From NCBI RefSeq assembly GCF_963921235.1, contig NC_086102.1, positions 37,262,001-37,326,000 of the forward strand: DNA of 64,000 nucleotides, written 5' to 3'. Positions within the stretch are counted from its first letter, which is position 1. Each line of letters begins with the position of its first letter. Made by a program: the position numbers and the translations under genes. The notes beneath the pieces were generated by a model that was not told the DNA's origin, searched no databases, and saw only the letters and a list, made by a program, of their open reading frames with translations. Positions 61,052-64,000 of this stretch are shown here, piece by piece. The DNA is from Mobula hypostoma. Lineage: Eukaryota.

Positions 61052-63888
61052 CATAAGGTGGCTGATCTTGTTGCAATATTACAGATTGCCAGGTATGATG
61101 TTGTGGCCATCACTGAATCATGGCTGAAGGATGGTTGTAGTTGGGAGCTGAATGTCCAAGGTTACACATTATATCGGAGGGATAGGAAGGTAGGCAGAGA
61201 GGGTGGTTTGGCTCTACTGGTAAAGAATGGCATCAGATCAGTAGAAGGATGTGACATAGGATCAGAAGATGTTGAATCCTTGTGGGTTGAGTTAAGAAAC
61301 TGCAAGGGTAAAAGGACATTGATGGCAGTTATATACAGGCCTCCCAACAATGGCTGGGAGGTGGACCACAGGTTACAACAGGAAATAGAAAAGGCGTGTC
61401 AAAAGGGCAATGTTATGGTAGTCATGGGAGATTTTAACATTGAGGATGATTGGGAAAATCAGGTTGGTAATGGATCTCAAGAAAGTGAGTTTGTTGAATG
61501 CTTAAGAATTGGTTTTTTAGAGCAATTTGTCATTGAGCCTACCAGGGGATCAGCTATACTGGATTGGGTGTTATGTAATTAACCCGGGGCAACTGGGGAG
61601 CTTAATGTAAATGAACCCTTAGGAAACAGTGATCAGAATATGATTGAGTTCAACTTGAAATTTGATAGGGAGAAAATAAAATCTGATGTAGCAGTATTTC
61701 AGTGGAGTAAGGGAAATTAAAGTGGTGTGATAGAGGAGTTGGCCGAAGTAAACTGGAGGAGCCGCTGGCAGGGATGTCAGCAGAGCAGCAATGGCGTGTT
61801 CTTCTGGGAAAAATGAGGAAGGTGCAGGACATATGTATTCCAAAAATGAAGAAGTACTCAAATGGTAAAATAGTACAACCATGGTTTACAAGGAAGTCAA
61901 AGCTATTGTAAAAGGAAAAGAAAGGGCGTACAACAAAGCAGAAATTAGTGGGAAGGTGGAGGGTTGGGAAGTTTTTAAAAACCTACATAACACAACTAAA
62001 AAAGGGAAAAGATGAAATATGAAAGCAAGCTAGCAAATAATATTAAAGTGGATAGTCAAAATTTTTTCAAGTTTGTTAAAAATAAAAGAGAAATGAGAGT
62101 GGGCATAGGACCATTGGAAAATGAGGCAGGAGAAATAACAGGGGACAAGGAGATGGCTGATGAACTAAATGAGTATTTTGCATCAGTCTTCACTGTGGAT
62201 GACACTAGCCGTGTGCCAGATGCTGTAGTGTGTGAAGGAAGAGAAGTGGGTGCAGTTACTATTATAAGAGAGAAGGTGCTCAAAAAGCTGAAAGACCTAA
62301 GAGTACATAAGTCACCCGGACCAGATGAACTGCACCCTAGGGTTCTGAAAGAGATAGCATTAGAGATTGTGGTGGCATTATAAATGATCTTTCAAAAATC
62401 ATTGGACTCTGGTATGGTGCCAGGGGACTGGAAAATTGCAAATGTCATTCCATTCCTTAAGAAAGGAGGAAGGCAACAGAAAGGAAATTATAGGCCAGAT
62501 AGCCTGACCTCAGTGGTTGGGAAGATGCTAGAGTCAATTGTTAAGAATAAGGTGATGGAGTACTTGGTGACACAGGACAAGATAATACAAAGTCAGCATG
62601 GTTTCCTTCAGGGAAAATCCTGCCTGATGAACCTATTGGAATTCTTTGAGGAGTTTACAAGTAGGATAGATAAAGTGGTTATAGTTGATGTTGTATATTT
62701 GGACTTTCAGAAGGCCTTTGACAAGGTGCCGCACACGAAGCTGCTTATCAAGTTAAGTGCAGGAAAGTTATTACAGGAAAGTTACTAACATGGTTAGAGC
62801 ATTGGCTGATTGGTAGGAGGCAGCGGGTGGGAATGAAAGGATCCTTTTCTGGTTGGCTGCCAGTGTAGTGTTCTGCAGGGGTCGGTGTTGGGACCACTTC
62901 TTATGCTGTACATAAATTATTTGGATGTTGCAATGGATGGCTTTGTTGCCAAGTTTGCAGATGCTACAAAGATTGGTGGAGGGGCAGATAGTGTCGAGGA
63001 AACAGATAGGATGCAGAAGGACTTACAGATTAGGACAATGGGCAAGAAGGTGCCTAATGAAATACAATGTTGGAAAATGCATGGTCATGCACTTTGGTAG
63101 TAGAAATAAATGTGCAGATTATTTTCTAAAGGGGAAGAAAATCCAAAACTCTGAGATGCAAAGGGATTTGGGAGTCCTTGTGCAGAACACCCTAAAGGTT
63201 AACCTGCAGGTTGAGTCGGTGGTGAGGAAGGCAAATGGCATTTTAGCATTCATTTCAAGAGGTCTCGAATACAAAAGCAAGGATGTGACGAGGAGGTTTT
63301 ATAAGGCATTGGTGAGGCCTCACCTTGAGTATTGTGAATGGTCTTGGGCTCCTCATCTTAGAAAAGATGTGCCGGCATTGGAGAGGGTCCAGAGGAGGCT
63401 CACAAGGATGATTTCAGGAATGAAAGGGTTATTATACGAGGAACATTTGATGGCTCTGGTTCTGTACTCGCTGGAATCCAGAAGGATGAGGGGGAAACTC
63501 ATTAAAACCTTTCAAATGTTGAAAGGCCTAGACAGAGTAGTGGAAAGAATGTTTCCCATAGTGGAAGAGTCTAGGACAAGAGGGCACGGCCTCAGAATAG
63601 AGGGGCACCTATTCAAAACAGAGTTGCGGAGAAACTTCTTTAGCCAAATAGTGGTGAATTTGTGGAATTTGTTGCCACGTGCAGCTGTGGAGGCTAGGTC
63701 ATTGGGTGTATTTAAGGCAGAGATTGATTGGTTCTTGATTGGACATGGCATCAAAGGTTACGGGGAGAAGGCCAGGAACTGGGGTTGAGGAGGAGGAAAA
63801 AAAGGGATCATCCATGATTGAATAGCGGAACAGACTCGATGGGCCAGATGGCCTAATTCTGCTCCTACGTCTTATGGTCTTATGGTCT
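61052..63888 (+). mobile_element. Degenerate CR1 ORF2 (EN to RT) nested in a Rex1-type 3' end (60680-61050 and 63889-63985)
   Basis: ORFs 60980..61582, 62012..62383, 62384..62788 and 62925..63788; (CTTATGGT)n tail. Confidence 0.92.
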
Positions 63889-64000
63889 ATAGATTTGCTA
63901 AGTATTCCCACAGAAAAAGAATCTCAGGTTTCTATGTCGTGACTTAGATGTACTCTGATAATAAATTTTACTTTGAACTTTGAGATGTGAGGATTCCAAG

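Overview
Vertebrate genomic DNA. The repeat set (CR1, Rex1/Babar, Penelope, V-SINE, RTE) suggests a cartilaginous fish, probably a ray or skate; this is inference. Most of the window is retroelement debris, and all long ORFs in the track are LINE ORF2 pieces. Two spliced immunoglobulin-superfamily genes lie on the + strand. Gene 1 (CDS 11421-20312, 5 coding exons, 320 aa) is leader + V + C1-set + uncharged TM + Tyr-motif tail. Its V domain resembles TMIGD2/CD28H (RIKW..LLCQ..C..RF, YFC...IEIP, GxGT) but is followed by an extra C1 domain. Gene 2 (from 43348, running off the right edge) is a B7-family gene with IgV-IgC-IgV architecture, i.e. HHLA2/B7-H7-like. In humans HHLA2 is the ligand of TMIGD2 and the two genes are unlinked, so a linked receptor-ligand pair about 23 kb apart is the main finding. 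Other notable structures are hammerhead-ribozyme motifs in Penelope ends, an inverted LTR palindrome in a gene 2 intron, an inverted pair of very young CR1 copies and a multiply nested retroelement cluster. Comparisons with human proteins are from recalled sequences and need formal alignment.
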